From the NCBI GenBank assembly GCA_047967505.1, contig CM106538.1: a DNA stretch of 64,000 nt; one strand, 5' to 3'. The notes beneath the pieces are model-generated. The model saw only the letters and a program-made list of their open reading frames with translations. It had not been told where the DNA came from and did no database searches. This document shows positions 62,580 through 64,000 of this stretch, piece after piece (the first letter of the stretch is position 1; each line of letters starts with the position of its first letter). This DNA is from Dipteris shenzhenensis. Its lineage: Eukaryota. A program made the translations under genes and the position numbers.

Positions 62580-64000
62580 AAGCCTTAGCAAATAGGTTTT
62601 ATCAAGGTAGATAGATTCTGGAAGCTGCCATTAATCTTCGAGAGAGGATTATGAGAGAGACGGGGTAGTACATATTCTTCATATTGGTCTCACATCAGTT
62701 GACTTTGATAAGACATGTGACAAGCTAGATTGGGACTTTCTTCATCTATCCCTAATGGACATGGGGACATGGGTTGAATTTATAGGTTTCATAAGGTTGC
62801 TACTCACTAATGCTTTAGCCAAGGTGGACATCAATGGTGAAGTTCTAGGAGCTTTTACATTGTAGAGATCAATAAGGCAAGGTTGTCTCATTGGTCCTCT
62901 ACTTTTTTCCATAGCCATAGATGCCCATGGGTAGGTCATAGATCATGAGGACAATAATGGTGACTATAAATGTATAGAGCTTCCTAATGGAGCACTAGTA
63001 AATCAACTATTTGCAAATGACACCATGCTTACTCCTAGAAACATTGACAAGGATGTGTGCAGTGTTATCAAATATTTGGAGACATTCTATCTAGCCTAAG
63101 GATCTCTTATCAACCACAAAAGACAACATATTCTCCTTTTTGACAAAACACCATCCTTTGCTAGATGCTATGGGATGCTAGAGAATTTAGAAGGGAACAA
63201 CTTTTGGAATTCTTGATGTTCCAATGGGTTTTGGAATTACAATGAAACAAAGATGGGACTCTACTTTACAAAAAATTTAGAAAAATATGGAAAATTGGAA
63301 AGGCTATCAAGCTAACCTCGCTAGGAGAAAGATAGTCCTCAATTATTGTATCTACGCTATGAACATATATATTTTGTTTCTTGGTCGTCCCTCTCAGAAA
63401 TTTCTCAACCAGCTTATCAGGACATGTAGATCATTCCTATGGGGAGGAACCAAGTCTAAGAGAAAACTTTCTTTGGTATGGTGGGCATTTTGCATTATTG
63501 AGAAAAGGGAGGGGGGATGGGCGTAATTAACATTCAGGATGCTTCTCGCAACATTTTTGCAACAAAGCCATACTCAATCCTAAAGAGACCTCCTAGTGAG
63601 AAATTTTCAATGGGTCAAATCAGTCAGGGAAAACAGATGGAAGAACTTCCTTATGCTAGCAACTATAGCAAACCTTGAACCTTGGACCACCAAAGGAAGC
63701 TCCTTTTGCAGATCAATGTGGGATTCCCTTGAGGCAATCAAGGCTCTAGTATTCTAGTCAAGGAAGGGCCATGTCACGCAATAAGCTCTATATGGTTTTC
63801 ATCTATCCTCAATTATGGGATAGAACTGAGCTTAAGTGCAAACAATGGCCAAATATTAGAATGGATTCTTGGCTTTAAAATGGGGACAAGGAGCTTTTTT
63901 GCCAAAGGTTAAGTCTATGGTCAAGGAATGATATTGGACTAGATATAGATGCTCTATCTTGAGGCACTAAATTTAGTGACGTTCCTAACCCAAAAGCATA
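62580..64000 (+). mobile_element. L1-type LINE ORF2 reverse transcriptase region, degenerate, runs to the right edge
   Basis: VDFDKTCDKLDWDF, RSIRQGCLIGPLLF, LFANDT, and NLARRKIVLN..RSFLWGG..KREGGW. Confidence 0.88.

Overview
Repeat-rich plant nuclear DNA; a large-genome seedless plant such as a fern is likely, but this is inferred and not proven. Most of the window is nested, decayed transposon sequence: several Ty1/copia elements (one structurally complete Tnt1/Tork-like copy with 171-bp LTRs and a CCTCG TSD), Athila/Tat-type Ty3/gypsy remnants, L1 LINE fragments and a ~180-bp degenerate satellite at the left edge. One intact host gene can be rebuilt by hand: an 8-exon MIS12 kinetochore gene (244 aa). 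Its 8.6-kb sixth intron holds a young gag-only (TR-GAG) retroelement with 289-bp LTRs and a GTTAG TSD. There is also an A-type cytochrome P450 pseudogene and an organelle-like segment with group II intron domains V/VI followed by an atp9-like fragment. The most unusual feature is an intronless, stop-interrupted histone H3-like gene (MARPN start, ~135-aa tail, loop 1 ~14 aa longer than H3) embedded among transposon remnants. All calls come from manual reading and translation; no database searches were run.
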